Assembly: GCA_035948355.1 (NCBI GenBank)
Contig: DASZJF010000037.1
Location: 5,019 to 69,018 of the forward strand
From: Solirubrobacteraceae bacterium
GTDB taxonomy: Bacteria; Actinomycetota; Thermoleophilia; Solirubrobacterales; Solirubrobacteraceae
Length of the DNA stretch: 64,000 bases
Direction: 5' to 3'
Every line of letters starts with the position of its first letter. Within the stretch, counting starts at the first letter, position 1. Shown here piece by piece: positions 53,025 through 62,386 of this stretch. Below the pieces are notes generated by a model, which saw only the letters and a program-made list of their open reading frames with translations, was not told the DNA's origin and did no database searches. The translations under genes and the position numbers were made by a program.

Positions 53025-54023
53025 ATGCGCGCAGTCGTCATTACCAAGCACGGCGGGCCGGGGGTGCTCAAGGTCCAGGAGCGGCCCGATCCGACCCTCG
53101 GTGCCGGGGAGGTTCGCATCGACGTTGCCGCCGCGGGGATCAACTTCGCCGACGTGATGGCGCGCCTGGGCTTCTACCCCGACGCGCCCAAGCCGCCGTG
53201 CGTCGTCGGCTATGAGATCGCGGGCACGATCCTCGAGTTGGGCGAGGGCGTCGAGGGCTTGAGCCCCGGTCAGCGGGTCGTCGCCGGCACCGAGTTCGGC
53301 GGCTACGCCTCGCAGGTGGTCGCACCCGCCGACGGCGTGCTGCCCCTGCCCGACGGGCTCACGTTCGAGCAGGGCGCCGCGATCCCCGTCAACTACGGCA
53401 CCGCGTGGATGGGGCTCCTGCGCTTCGGCGGCTTGCGGGCGGGGGAACGCGTGCTGATTCAGGCGGCCGCCGGCGGCGTCGGCATCGCCGCGACGCAGGT
53501 CGCCAAGCGCGCCGGCGCCGAGGTCTACGGGACCGCCTCGCCGGGCAAGCACGCACGGATCTCCGAACTCGGCGTCGATCATGCGCTCGACTACACCAAG
53601 TCCGGCTGGGAGCGCGGCCTGCCGCAGTTCGACGTGATCATGGACGCGATCGGCGGCAAGAGCTTTCGCCGCAGCTACGAGCTGCTCGGCCCCGGCGGGC
53701 GCCTGATCGCCTTCGGCGCCTCCGGTGTGGTCTCCGGCGAGCGGCGCAACCCGATCCCGGCGCTGAAAACCGCGCTGCGTATGCCCCGCTTCAACATGAT
53801 CAAACAGATGTCCGCCTCCAAGGCCGTGATCGGGCTGAACATGTACACGCTCTCCCAGGACGAGCGCCGCCGCGCCGAGGTCAGCGCGGCGCTGGCGGAA
53901 ATGACCGCCGACGGAATCGTCCAACCGGTCGTCGCGGGGACGTTCTCGTTCGAGGAAGCCGGGGCGGCGCAGAACATGATCACCGAACGCCGCAATGTCG
54001 GGAAGGTAATCCTCACTCCTTAA
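53025..54023 (+). CDS. Medium-chain dehydrogenase/reductase (quinone oxidoreductase/VAT-1-like)
   Basis: GINFAD, VGYEIAG, AAAGGVG, RRNVGK; lacks zinc ligands. Confidence 0.9.
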   Translation: MRAVVITKHGGPGVLKVQERPDPTLGAGEVRIDVAAAGINFADVMARLGFYPDAPKPPCVVGYEIAGTILELGEGVEGLSPGQRVVAGTEFGGYASQVVAPADGVLPLPDGLTFEQGAAIPVNYGTAWMGLLRFGGLRAGERVLIQAAAGGVGIAATQVAKRAGAEVYGTASPGKHARISELGVDHALDYTKSGWERGLPQFDVIMDAIGGKSFRRSYELLGPGGRLIAFGASGVVSGERRNPIPALKTALRMPRFNMIKQMSASKAVIGLNMYTLSQDERRRAEVSAALAEMTADGIVQPVVAGTFSFEEAGAAQNMITERRNVGKVILTP

Positions 54024-54099
54024 CGGGCTGGGTTGCGCGGCGAGTCCGTCGCCTCCAAAGCGGTTGCTTCTCGGCGGGTGGGTGCTAATCTGCGCCTAG

Positions 54100-54159
54100 A
54101 TGTCGTTCCAGTTCTCGTCCCTTCTGCTTCTCCTGCTGCTTCCCCCTCTGGGGGAATAG
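54100..54159 (+). CDS. leuA leader peptide MSFQFSSLLLLLLLPPLGE
   Basis: Seven consecutive Leu codons (CTT CTG CTT CTC CTG CTG CTT) 75 nt upstream of leuA; TAATCT -10 box 8 nt before its ATG. Confidence 0.85.
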   Translation: MSFQFSSLLLLLLLPPLGE

Positions 54160-54233
54160 AGCGCGTGGCGGCCGCGTAGCCGCATACCAACGGAGAGCAG
54201 CAGGTAATCGAGACTTCGAAAGGAACCGTAATC
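54100..54233 (+). promoter_or_regulatory. Leucine-sensing attenuator (LEU-element-like)
   Basis: Leu codons CCTGCTGCT (54132-54140) complement AGCAGCAGG (54197-54205); alternative stem TTCCCC/GGGGAA; no U-run terminator. Confidence 0.7.
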
Positions 54234-55841
54234 GTGAGGAACGACATGAGTGACACAGGAGCATCCCCACCTCCGGAGCGAACCGAGCAGGCGCGTGTGC
54301 GGGTCTTCGACACGACGCTGCGCGACGGCGAGCAGTCGCCCGGGATCTCGCTGAACCGCCAGGAGAAGCTGGAGATCGCCCACCAGCTCGCGCGGCTGGG
54401 CGTGGACATCATCGAGGCCGGCTTTCCGATCACCTCCCCGGGCGACTTCGAGGCGGTGCAGGCGATCGCGCGGGAGGTCGAAGGACCCGTGATCTGCGGC
54501 CTCGCGCGTACGAGCAAGCAGGACATCGACGCCGCCTGGAACGCGGTCAAGGACTCCGCGCGGCCGCGGATTCACACGTTCATCGCCACCAGCAACATTC
54601 ACATCGAGCGCAAGCTGCAGACCACGCGCGCGGACGTGATCGGACAGGCGCGCGCGGCGGTCGCGCAGGCGCGCGAGTACACCGACGACGTCGAGTTCTC
54701 ACCTGAGGACGGCTCGCGCTCGGACATCGAGTACATGGCCGAAGTGATCCAGGTCGCGCTGGAGGAGGGCGCCACCACGATCAACGTGCCCGACACGGTC
54801 GGCTACACGATGCCGCGCGAGTACGCAGCGATGTTCGACGAGCTCTACCGCCTGGTGCCCGGTTTGCGCGACGTGGTCGTCTCGGTTCACTGCCACGACG
54901 ACCTGGGTTTGGCCGTCGCCAACTCGCTGGCGGGCGTGGAAGCCGGCTGCCGGCAGGTGGAGTGCGCGATCAACGGAATCGGCGAGCGCGCCGGTAACGC
55001 CTCGCTGGAGGAGATCGTGATGCTGCTGCACACGCGCGAGCCGAGCCTCGGATTGTGGAGCGGGATCGACACGACCGAGATCGCGCGCACCAGCCGCCTG
55101 GTGTCGCGCTTGACCGGCTACCAGGTGCAGCCGAACAAGGCGATCGTCGGTCGCAACGCGTTCGCGCACGAGGCCGGCATCCACCAGGACGGCGTGCTGA
55201 AGGAGCGCACCACGTACGAGATCATGGACGCCACGACCGTCGGATTGAAGAGCAACTCGCTCGTGCTGGGCAAGCACTCCGGGCGCCATGCGCTGCGCGA
55301 CGCGCTGGAGGAGATGGGCTTCCAGCTCGACGGCCAGGCGCTGAACACCGCGTTCAAGCGCTTCAAGGAGATCGCCGACCGCAAGAAGCAGGTCACCGCG
55401 ATGGACCTGGAGGCGCTCGTGACCGACGAGCTGCGCGAGGAGATCCCCGGGTATGCACTCGACTGGTTCGAGGTCGAGGCTTCCTCGCGCCGGCCCCCGC
55501 ACGCGCGCGTATCGGTGACGCTGCCCGCGGGCGGCGCGGCCGAGGGCTCCTTCACCGGCGACGGTCCGATCGACGCCGTGTTTCGCGCGATCAACGCCGC
55601 CGCGGGCGTGGAGGCGCAGCTCGGCGAGTTCACGATCGGTGCTGTCACCGAGGGGCAGGATGCGCTCGGCGAGGTGTCGGTCGTCGTCGAGGTGGACGGC
55701 TCCTCCGGTGCCGGGCAGGGCATTTCGACGGACATCATCGACGCGGCTGCGCGGGCTTACGTGCGGGCGTTGTCGGTGGCGCGTGCGCGGGCGCTAGCTT
55801 CGGCGGACGCCGTCGGACTGCCCGAGCCCGCCGGGCCTTGA
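54234..55841 (+). CDS. leuA: 2-isopropylmalate synthase
   Basis: FDTTLRDGEQSPG, HCHDDLG, NGIGERAGN, HEAGIHQDG, GKHSGRH, regulatory domain GDGPIDA. Start GTG 54234 or ATG 54246. Confidence 0.96.
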   Translation: MRNDMSDTGASPPPERTEQARVRVFDTTLRDGEQSPGISLNRQEKLEIAHQLARLGVDIIEAGFPITSPGDFEAVQAIAREVEGPVICGLARTSKQDIDAAWNAVKDSARPRIHTFIATSNIHIERKLQTTRADVIGQARAAVAQAREYTDDVEFSPEDGSRSDIEYMAEVIQVALEEGATTINVPDTVGYTMPREYAAMFDELYRLVPGLRDVVVSVHCHDDLGLAVANSLAGVEAGCRQVECAINGIGERAGNASLEEIVMLLHTREPSLGLWSGIDTTEIARTSRLVSRLTGYQVQPNKAIVGRNAFAHEAGIHQDGVLKERTTYEIMDATTVGLKSNSLVLGKHSGRHALRDALEEMGFQLDGQALNTAFKRFKEIADRKKQVTAMDLEALVTDELREEIPGYALDWFEVEASSRRPPHARVSVTLPAGGAAEGSFTGDGPIDAVFRAINAAAGVEAQLGEFTIGAVTEGQDALGEVSVVVEVDGSSGAGQGISTDIIDAAARAYVRALSVARARALASADAVGLPEPAGP

Positions 55842-55860
55842 GCAGGGTGAGCACGTAGAG

Positions 55861-55900
55861 CGTCATACGCGCGTCTGTGATAACGTACGCGCGTATGACG
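55861..55900. promoter_or_regulatory. Perfect 14-bp inverted repeat over the -10 box and start codon of the XRE gene
   Basis: CGTCATACGCGCGT-N12-ACGCGCGTATGACG; the spacer contains TAACGT. Confidence 0.6.
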
Positions 55901-56530
55901 CCTCCAGCCGTCCAGACGCCGGTCGAACAGCATCCATCCGCAGCGATCGACCCGCTCGATCCGGTCACGATCGGCGCGCGCGTGAAGGCGCTGCGCGAGT
56001 CCGAGTCGCTGTCGCTGCGCGAGCTGGCATTGCGCAGCGGCGTGAGCGCGCCGATGCTCTCGCAGGTCGAGCGCGGCGAGACGAGCCCTACCCTGACGGT
56101 CGCGGCGCGCATCGCCGCGGGATTGGAATTGCGGTTGTCGCAGTTGCTGCGCCTGGATGAGGACGGCGCCGTTACGGTCGTTCGCCCGAAGGAGCGTCAG
56201 CGCGGGGGCAACAAGCGACGGGGACACAGCTTCGAGGTGATGACCGCCGCGCAGCCCGGGCAGCGCGCCGAGCTCTCACGCCACACGCTTGCGCCGGGAG
56301 GCGCCACCGGCGCCGCGGACGATCCGCCGATGCACGAGCCCGGTAGCCGCGAGACCGCGCTCGTCGAGCGGGGTTCGGTCGTGCTCGTATGCGACGGGCA
56401 GCGCTATGAGCTGGGCGAGGGCGACTGTGTCACCTTCGACGCCGACCTAGCGCATCACTTCGAGAACCCATCCGATGGGGAGGCGGCCTCGTTTCTGGCC
56501 GTCGTCAGCGCCGGGCTGAGGCGTAGTTAG
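55895..56530 (+). CDS. XRE-family HTH + cupin transcriptional regulator
   Basis: IGARVKALRE...SLRELALRSGVSAPMLSQVERGETSPT; cupin HEPGSRE...GDCVTFDADLAHHF. Confidence 0.92.
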   Translation: MTPPAVQTPVEQHPSAAIDPLDPVTIGARVKALRESESLSLRELALRSGVSAPMLSQVERGETSPTLTVAARIAAGLELRLSQLLRLDEDGAVTVVRPKERQRGGNKRRGHSFEVMTAAQPGQRAELSRHTLAPGGATGAADDPPMHEPGSRETALVERGSVVLVCDGQRYELGEGDCVTFDADLAHHFENPSDGEAASFLAVVSAGLRRS

Positions 56531-56571
56531 GTCCTCGTCATGAAACTCGTCTGCCACAACGCCAACCAAAA

Positions 56572-56647
56572 GCCGGGCGAAGCCCGGCGTCACGGGCGGC
56601 ACGATGCCGCACGTGGCCTTAAAACGCGGGGCCGGATGCTCCGCGGA
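56572..56647 (+). repeat. Triple-hairpin repeat family A copy upstream of leuC
   Basis: Same hairpin-GTCAC-hairpin-linker-hairpin layout as pheS 5883-5962, with different stem sequences. Confidence 0.8.
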
Positions 56648-56679
56648 CGTGACCAAAAACCGCGGCGCGGGAATGAACA

Positions 56680-58083
56680 ATGACAAAGCCGAAGAACATG
56701 TTCGAGAAGATCTGGGAGCGGCACGAGGTAGCCCACGGCCTCCTGTACATAGACCTGCACCTGGTACACGAGGTCACGAGCCCGCAGGCGTTCGACGGGT
56801 TGCGCCTGGCCGGCCGCACGGTGCGCCGCCCCGACCGCACGCTGGCGACGGCCGATCACAACACGCCGACCGACGGCACGCCCGTGGCGGCGCGCATCAA
56901 GGACGAGCTCTCGCGCGTGCAGGTGGAAACGCTGGAGCGCAACTGCGCGGAGTTCGGCGTGCCCGTGTATTCGCTCGGCTCGGACCGTCAGGGGATCGTG
57001 CACGTGATCGGCCCTGAGCTGGGGGTGACGCAGCCGGGCATGACGATCGTGTGCGGGGACTCGCACACCTCCACACATGGAGCGTTCGGGGCGCTGGCGT
57101 TCGGGATCGGCACGAGCGAGGTCGAGCACGTGCTGGCGACCCAGTGCATGGTTCAGCACAAGCCGCGCTCGATGCGCATCGCCTACGCGGGCGAGCTGGG
57201 GTTCGGGGTCACCGCCAAGGACCTGATCCTGGGCACGCTCGGGCGGCTGGGCGTTGGCGGGATGACCGGCCACGTCGTCGAGTACGCCGGGCCGGCGATC
57301 GAGGCGCTGTCGATGGAGGGACGGATGACCGTCTGCAACATGACGATCGAGGGCGGTGGTCGCGCCGGCATGATCGCACCCGACGAGACGACGTTCGCGT
57401 GGTTCACCGAGAACGAGCGTCCGGGCGCGCCCCGGGGCGCGGAGCTGGAGACGGCGATCGCGGCCTGGCGTGAGCTGAGCAGCGAGGAGGGCGCCGAGTT
57501 CGACAGCGAGGTGTCGATCGACGCGACGAAGATCTCCCCGCAGGTGACGTGGGGCACGAACCCCGGCATGGTGCGCGCGGTCACCGAGCGCGTGCCAGCG
57601 CCGGAGGAGTTCGACACTCCAGCCGATCGCGAGGCGACCGAACGCGCGCTGGCCTACATGGCCCTGGAGCCCGGCACGCCGATCGAAAGGATTGCGCTCG
57701 ATCGCGTGTTCATCGGCTCGTGCACGAACTCGCGCATCGGCGACCTGCGCGCCGCCGCCGAGGTCGTCGCGGGCCGCAAGGTCGCCTCCGGCGTCGACGC
57801 GATGGTCGTGCCCGGCTCTCAGCAGGTGAAGGCGCAGGCCGAGGCCGAGGGGCTCGATCGCGTGTTCCGCGAGGCCGGGTTCGACTGGCGAGTGGCGGGC
57901 TGCTCGATGTGCCTGGGGATGAACCCAGACATATTGCAGCCGGGCGAGCGCTGCGCTTCCACCTCGAACCGCAACTTCGAGGGTCGGCAAGGCAGGGGTG
58001 GGCGCACGCACCTCGTATCCCCACAGATGGCCGCCGCCGCGGCAATCGAGGGTCACTTCGTAGACATCAGGGATTGGAGCTAA
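56680..58083 (+). CDS. leuC: 3-isopropylmalate dehydratase large subunit
   Basis: [40 protein letters not shown]. Confidence 0.98.
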   Translation: MTKPKNMFEKIWERHEVAHGLLYIDLHLVHEVTSPQAFDGLRLAGRTVRRPDRTLATADHNTPTDGTPVAARIKDELSRVQVETLERNCAEFGVPVYSLGSDRQGIVHVIGPELGVTQPGMTIVCGDSHTSTHGAFGALAFGIGTSEVEHVLATQCMVQHKPRSMRIAYAGELGFGVTAKDLILGTLGRLGVGGMTGHVVEYAGPAIEALSMEGRMTVCNMTIEGGGRAGMIAPDETTFAWFTENERPGAPRGAELETAIAAWRELSSEEGAEFDSEVSIDATKISPQVTWGTNPGMVRAVTERVPAPEEFDTPADREATERALAYMALEPGTPIERIALDRVFIGSCTNSRIGDLRAAAEVVAGRKVASGVDAMVVPGSQQVKAQAEAEGLDRVFREAGFDWRVAGCSMCLGMNPDILQPGERCASTSNRNFEGRQGRGGRTHLVSPQMAAAAAIEGHFVDIRDWS

Positions 58084-58086
58084 ATC

Positions 58087-58656
58087 GTGGATCCGATCAG
58101 CGTCATCTCAGGGCCCGTCAGCCACCTCGACCGCGCGGACGTAGACACCGACCAGATTATGCCCAAGCAGTTCCTCAAGCGCGTGGAGCGCAGCGGGTTC
58201 GGCGAGTTCCTGTTCTATGACTGGGCGAAGGAGCCGGGATGGGATCTGCCGGCCAATCCGATCCTCGTTGCGGGCGAGAACTTCGGTTGCGGCAGCTCGC
58301 GCGAGCACGCTCCGTGGGGGCTGCAGGATTACGGGTTTCAGGCGATCGTGGCGCCGAGCTTCGCGGACATCTTCTACTCCAACTGCACGAAGATCGGTCT
58401 GTTGCCGATCGTGATCGGCGCGGAGGACTGCCGCGCGCTGGCTCATGCCGGCGCTGGCGAGGTCGACCTGCTCGAGCAGGAGGTTCGCTTCGCTGGGCGC
58501 GAGGTCTCTTTCGAGATCGACCACGAGATCCGCCATCGGCTGCTGAACGGTCTCGATGACATCGCGCTGACGCTCGAGCAGGCGGCGGAGATCGCCGAGT
58601 TCGAGCACGTGCGCGAGCATGTCGGTTGGGCGAACGTCGCGACCACGGCGCTGTAG
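58087..58656 (+). CDS. leuD: 3-isopropylmalate dehydratase small subunit
   Basis: DVDTDQIMP, NFGCGSSREHA, SFADIF, LLNGLDDI. Confidence 0.97.
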   Translation: MDPISVISGPVSHLDRADVDTDQIMPKQFLKRVERSGFGEFLFYDWAKEPGWDLPANPILVAGENFGCGSSREHAPWGLQDYGFQAIVAPSFADIFYSNCTKIGLLPIVIGAEDCRALAHAGAGEVDLLEQEVRFAGREVSFEIDHEIRHRLLNGLDDIALTLEQAAEIAEFEHVREHVGWANVATTAL

Positions 58657-58671
58657 GCGCGGGGGCGAGGA

Positions 58672-59700
58672 ATGAGTCATCGCATCGTCACGCTGCCCGG
58701 CGACGGGATCGGTCCGGAGATCATGGCCCCCGCGCTGGAGGTGCTGCAAAGGCTGGGGGAGTTCGAGTTCGAGGAGCACCCGTTCGGCGGCGCCGCGATC
58801 GACGCGCACGGAGTCGCGCTCACCGACGAGACGCTCGCCGCGTGTCGCACGGCCGACGCGGTGCTGCTGGCGGCGGTGGGGGGGCCGAAGTGGGACAGCA
58901 CCGACCCGAACGCGCCGCGCCCGGAGCAGGGACTGCTCGGGTTGCGCAAGGGGCTGGGGCTGTACGCGAACCTGCGCCCGGTCAAGCCGCTGCCCGCGCT
59001 GTATGACGCCTCGCCGCTGAAGCGCGAGCGCATCGAGGGGACCGATCTGCTGGTCGTGCGCGAGCTCACGGGCGGGATCTACTTCGGCGAGAAGACGCGC
59101 ACGGCCGAGGAGGCCAGCGACGTGTGCGCGTACACGACCGCGGAGATCGAGCGGATCGCGCGCGTCGCGTTCAAAGCCGCGCGGGCGAAGGTCTCGAGTG
59201 TGGACAAGGCCAATGTCTTGGAGACCTCGCGGCTGTGGCGCGAGGTAGTGATCGGCGTGCATGCGCGGGAGTTTCCGCACATCCAGCTCGAGCACGTGCT
59301 CGTGGACAACGCCGCGATGCAGCTGGTCTCCGCGCCGCGGGAGTTCGACGCGATCTTGACGGAGAACATGTTCGGCGACATCCTCAGCGATGAGGCGGCG
59401 ATGATCACCGGCTCGATCGGACTGCTGCCGAGCGCCTCACTGGGTGGGGACGGCCCGGGCCTGTTCGAGCCCGTGCACGGCTCCGCGCCGGACATCGCCG
59501 GCACGGGCGCGGCCAATCCGCTGGCGATGCTGCTGTCGGTGGCGATGATGCTCCGGCACGGACTCGATTTGCCGGACGCGGCGACGGCGATAGAATCGGC
59601 CGTTGAGAAAGCGCTCGATGGTGGCCTGCGCACCCCCGACCTGGGTGGCGCGGACGGGACGGCGAGCGCGACCAGGGCAGTGCTCGACAACCTCGAATAG
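58672..59700 (+). CDS. leuB: 3-isopropylmalate dehydrogenase
   Basis: [47 protein letters not shown]. Confidence 0.97.
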   Translation: MSHRIVTLPGDGIGPEIMAPALEVLQRLGEFEFEEHPFGGAAIDAHGVALTDETLAACRTADAVLLAAVGGPKWDSTDPNAPRPEQGLLGLRKGLGLYANLRPVKPLPALYDASPLKRERIEGTDLLVVRELTGGIYFGEKTRTAEEASDVCAYTTAEIERIARVAFKAARAKVSSVDKANVLETSRLWREVVIGVHAREFPHIQLEHVLVDNAAMQLVSAPREFDAILTENMFGDILSDEAAMITGSIGLLPSASLGGDGPGLFEPVHGSAPDIAGTGAANPLAMLLSVAMMLRHGLDLPDAATAIESAVEKALDGGLRTPDLGGADGTASATRAVLDNLE

Positions 59701-59707
59701 GAGTGAG

Positions 59708-60730
59708 ATGAACGTGGAGCCAACGGACCTCATATGGATGAACGGAGAATTCATCGCATGGGAGGACGCGAAGGTCCACGTCCTGACGCACGGATTGCAC
59801 TACGGCACGGGCGTGTTCGAGGGCGTGCGCTGCTATGACACGGAGCTCGGGCCGGCGGTGTTCCGCAACGCCGAGCACGTGGAACGGCTACGGAAATCGG
59901 CCGAGCTGTTCTACATGCCGCTGCCCTACTCCGACGAGGAGTTGCGCGGCGCCACGCGCGAGCTCGTGGCGCGCAATGGACTGAGCTCCTGCTACATCCG
60001 CCCGATCGTCTACCGCGGCTACGGCACGATGGGGCTGAACCCGGTCGACGCCCCCGTGGACGTGACGATCGCCTGCTGGGAGTGGGGCACGTATCTCGGC
60101 GAGGAGGGCATGCGCCACGGCGTGCGCGCGAAGGTCTCCTCGTGGGAGCGGATCGGCCCGCGCTCGCTGATCCCGCACGCGAAGGCCTCGGGCCAGTACC
60201 TCAACAACGTGCTCGCGAAGATCGAGTCGATCAAGGCCGGCTACGAGGAGGCGATCCTGCTCGATGAACATGGGTATGTGTGCGAGGGAACGGGCGAGAA
60301 CATCTACATCGTGCGCGACGGCGTGATCGCAACGCCCGGACAGAGCAACTCGATTCTCGACGGGATCACGCGCCGCTCAGTCATGCAGATCGCCCAGGAC
60401 CTCGGCTACACCGTCGTGGAGCGCGACGTGGCGCGCGCGGAGATGTATCTCGCTGACGAGGTATTCATGTCGGGGACCGCCGCCGAGCTCGTGCCGGTGC
60501 GCGAAGTCGACGACCATCCCGTCGGCACGGGCGAGCCGGGCGAGATCACGCGCGTGCTGCAGGCCGCGTTCGATGACGCGATCCACGGTCGCACCGAGCG
60601 CTACCGCGAGTGGCTGGACGTGGTCGCGCCCGAGGCGCTGCAGACGCCCGACGGCGTAGGCGCCGCCGCTGAGCAGGCGCGTCGCCCCCAGGCCGCCGCG
60701 CCGAGCGGCAGCACCGCCGCGGCGGGGTAG
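59708..60730 (+). CDS. ilvE: Branched-chain amino acid aminotransferase
   Basis: LHYGTGVFEG, YIRP, KASGQY, EGTGEN, ILDGITR, GTAAE. Confidence 0.96.
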   Translation: MNVEPTDLIWMNGEFIAWEDAKVHVLTHGLHYGTGVFEGVRCYDTELGPAVFRNAEHVERLRKSAELFYMPLPYSDEELRGATRELVARNGLSSCYIRPIVYRGYGTMGLNPVDAPVDVTIACWEWGTYLGEEGMRHGVRAKVSSWERIGPRSLIPHAKASGQYLNNVLAKIESIKAGYEEAILLDEHGYVCEGTGENIYIVRDGVIATPGQSNSILDGITRRSVMQIAQDLGYTVVERDVARAEMYLADEVFMSGTAAELVPVREVDDHPVGTGEPGEITRVLQAAFDDAIHGRTERYREWLDVVAPEALQTPDGVGAAAEQARRPQAAAPSGSTAAAG

Positions 60731-60734
60731 GCCC

Positions 60735-62342
60735 ATGTCCCCTATCCAGGTCTACGACGCGACCCTGCGTGACGGCATGGGCGGTGGCGGCATGACGCTG
60801 ACGGCCGCGGAGAAGGTTCGGGTCGTGCACGCGCTCGACGCGCTCGGCGTGCACATGATCGAGGCGGGGTTTCCCGCGTCCAACCCGAAGGAGATCGAGC
60901 TGTTCGAGCTGCTCGAGCGAGAGACGTTGCAGAACGCTGAGGTGGTCGCGTTCGGGATGACGCGCCGGCGTGGCGTGGACGCCGCCGAGGACGAGGGGTT
61001 GCGCGTGCTCGCGGAGTCGTTCGTGCCCGTGTGCACGCTCGTCGGCAAGAGTTCGGTGCTGCAGGCCGAGACCGTGTTGAAGGTGACGCGCGCGGAGAAT
61101 CTGGGCATGATCGGCGAGTCGATCGCGCTGCTAGTGGCCCGTGGCAAGCGGGTGCTGTTCGACGCCGAGCACTTCTTCGACGGGATCGAGGAAGACGTCG
61201 GCTACGCCCTGGAATGCGTGCGCGTCGCGGCGGACGCCGGCGCCGAGCGGGTCGTGCTGTGCGACACGAATGGGGGATCGCTGCCGCTGGACGTGCGCGA
61301 AGCGGTCGAGGCGGTGCGCGAGCAGATGCCGGATGTTCCGCTCGGGGTGCACACCCATGACGACACCGGCTGCGGCGTGGCGAACACGCTCGTGGCGGTG
61401 CAGGCGGGCGCCACGCAGGTGCAGGGGACGATCAACGGCATCGGCGAGCGCACGGGCAACGCCAACCTCGTCACGATCGTCGCCGACCTGCAGTTGAAGA
61501 TGGGGTACGAGGTGCTGCCGGCCGAGCGCTTGGCGCGACTCACGGAGACCGCGCATTTCGTCGACGAGCTGCTGAACCGGACGCCCGACCCGGGGCAGCC
61601 ATATGTGGGAAAGCACGCGTTTGCGCACAAGGCCGGCATGCACGCCGCGGGGGTGCGCGAGTCAAGCGCTGCGTTTGAGCACGTCGACCCGGCGCTGGTC
61701 GGCAATCGCAGCGACGTGTTGATCTCCGAGCTGTCGGGGCGCGCCACGATCGTGGAGAAGGCACGCGCGGCGGGGATCGCCGCCGATGAGGAGTTCACCC
61801 GGCGCGTGGTCGAGCGGGTGAAGGAGCTCGAGCACAAGGGGTTTCAGTTCGAGGCGGCGGACGGGTCGTTCGAGCTGCTCATGCGGCGGGAGGCCGGTGG
61901 TGATCTCGAGTACGAGCCGCTGTTCAAGTTGGAGTCCTGGCGGGTGATCGTCGAAAAGCACGCCGATGGGCGGGCTACCACCGAGGCGACGATCAAGATC
62001 TGGGTTGGCGGCGATCGGTATGTGCGCACCGCCGAGGGGAACGGTCCGGTTCATGCTCTGGACAAGGCGCTGCGCGACGCGATCGGGGAGATTCACCCGC
62101 ATCTGAAGGACATCGACCTGGTCAACTTCAAGGTGCGGATCCTCGATGAGACGAAGGGGACCGGGGCTGTTACCCGGGTGCTGATCGATGCCTCGGATGG
62201 GAAGGATGTTTGGGGGTCGATTGGGGTTTCCGAGAACCTTATCGCCGCCTCTTGGGATGCGCTGGTGGATTCGCTGGAGCGTGGAATGTTGGGCGGCAAG
62301 CCCTCGTCGGTTGCGACGCTACGCTCGGCCGGGAGTGGCTAG
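60735..62342 (+). CDS. cimA: Citramalate synthase
   Basis: YDATLRDG, FDAEHFFDG, LCDTNGG, HKAGMH, FEAADGSFELL, AEGNGPV; second LeuA paralogue of the bacterial CimA type. Confidence 0.88.
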   Translation: MSPIQVYDATLRDGMGGGGMTLTAAEKVRVVHALDALGVHMIEAGFPASNPKEIELFELLERETLQNAEVVAFGMTRRRGVDAAEDEGLRVLAESFVPVCTLVGKSSVLQAETVLKVTRAENLGMIGESIALLVARGKRVLFDAEHFFDGIEEDVGYALECVRVAADAGAERVVLCDTNGGSLPLDVREAVEAVREQMPDVPLGVHTHDDTGCGVANTLVAVQAGATQVQGTINGIGERTGNANLVTIVADLQLKMGYEVLPAERLARLTETAHFVDELLNRTPDPGQPYVGKHAFAHKAGMHAAGVRESSAAFEHVDPALVGNRSDVLISELSGRATIVEKARAAGIAADEEFTRRVVERVKELEHKGFQFEAADGSFELLMRREAGGDLEYEPLFKLESWRVIVEKHADGRATTEATIKIWVGGDRYVRTAEGNGPVHALDKALRDAIGEIHPHLKDIDLVNFKVRILDETKGTGAVTRVLIDASDGKDVWGSIGVSENLIAASWDALVDSLERGMLGGKPSSVATLRSAGSG

Positions 62343-62386
62343 TGCAGGGCTCGGGTGCGGCCGCGGGCTCGGTGCCGGCCGATCGG

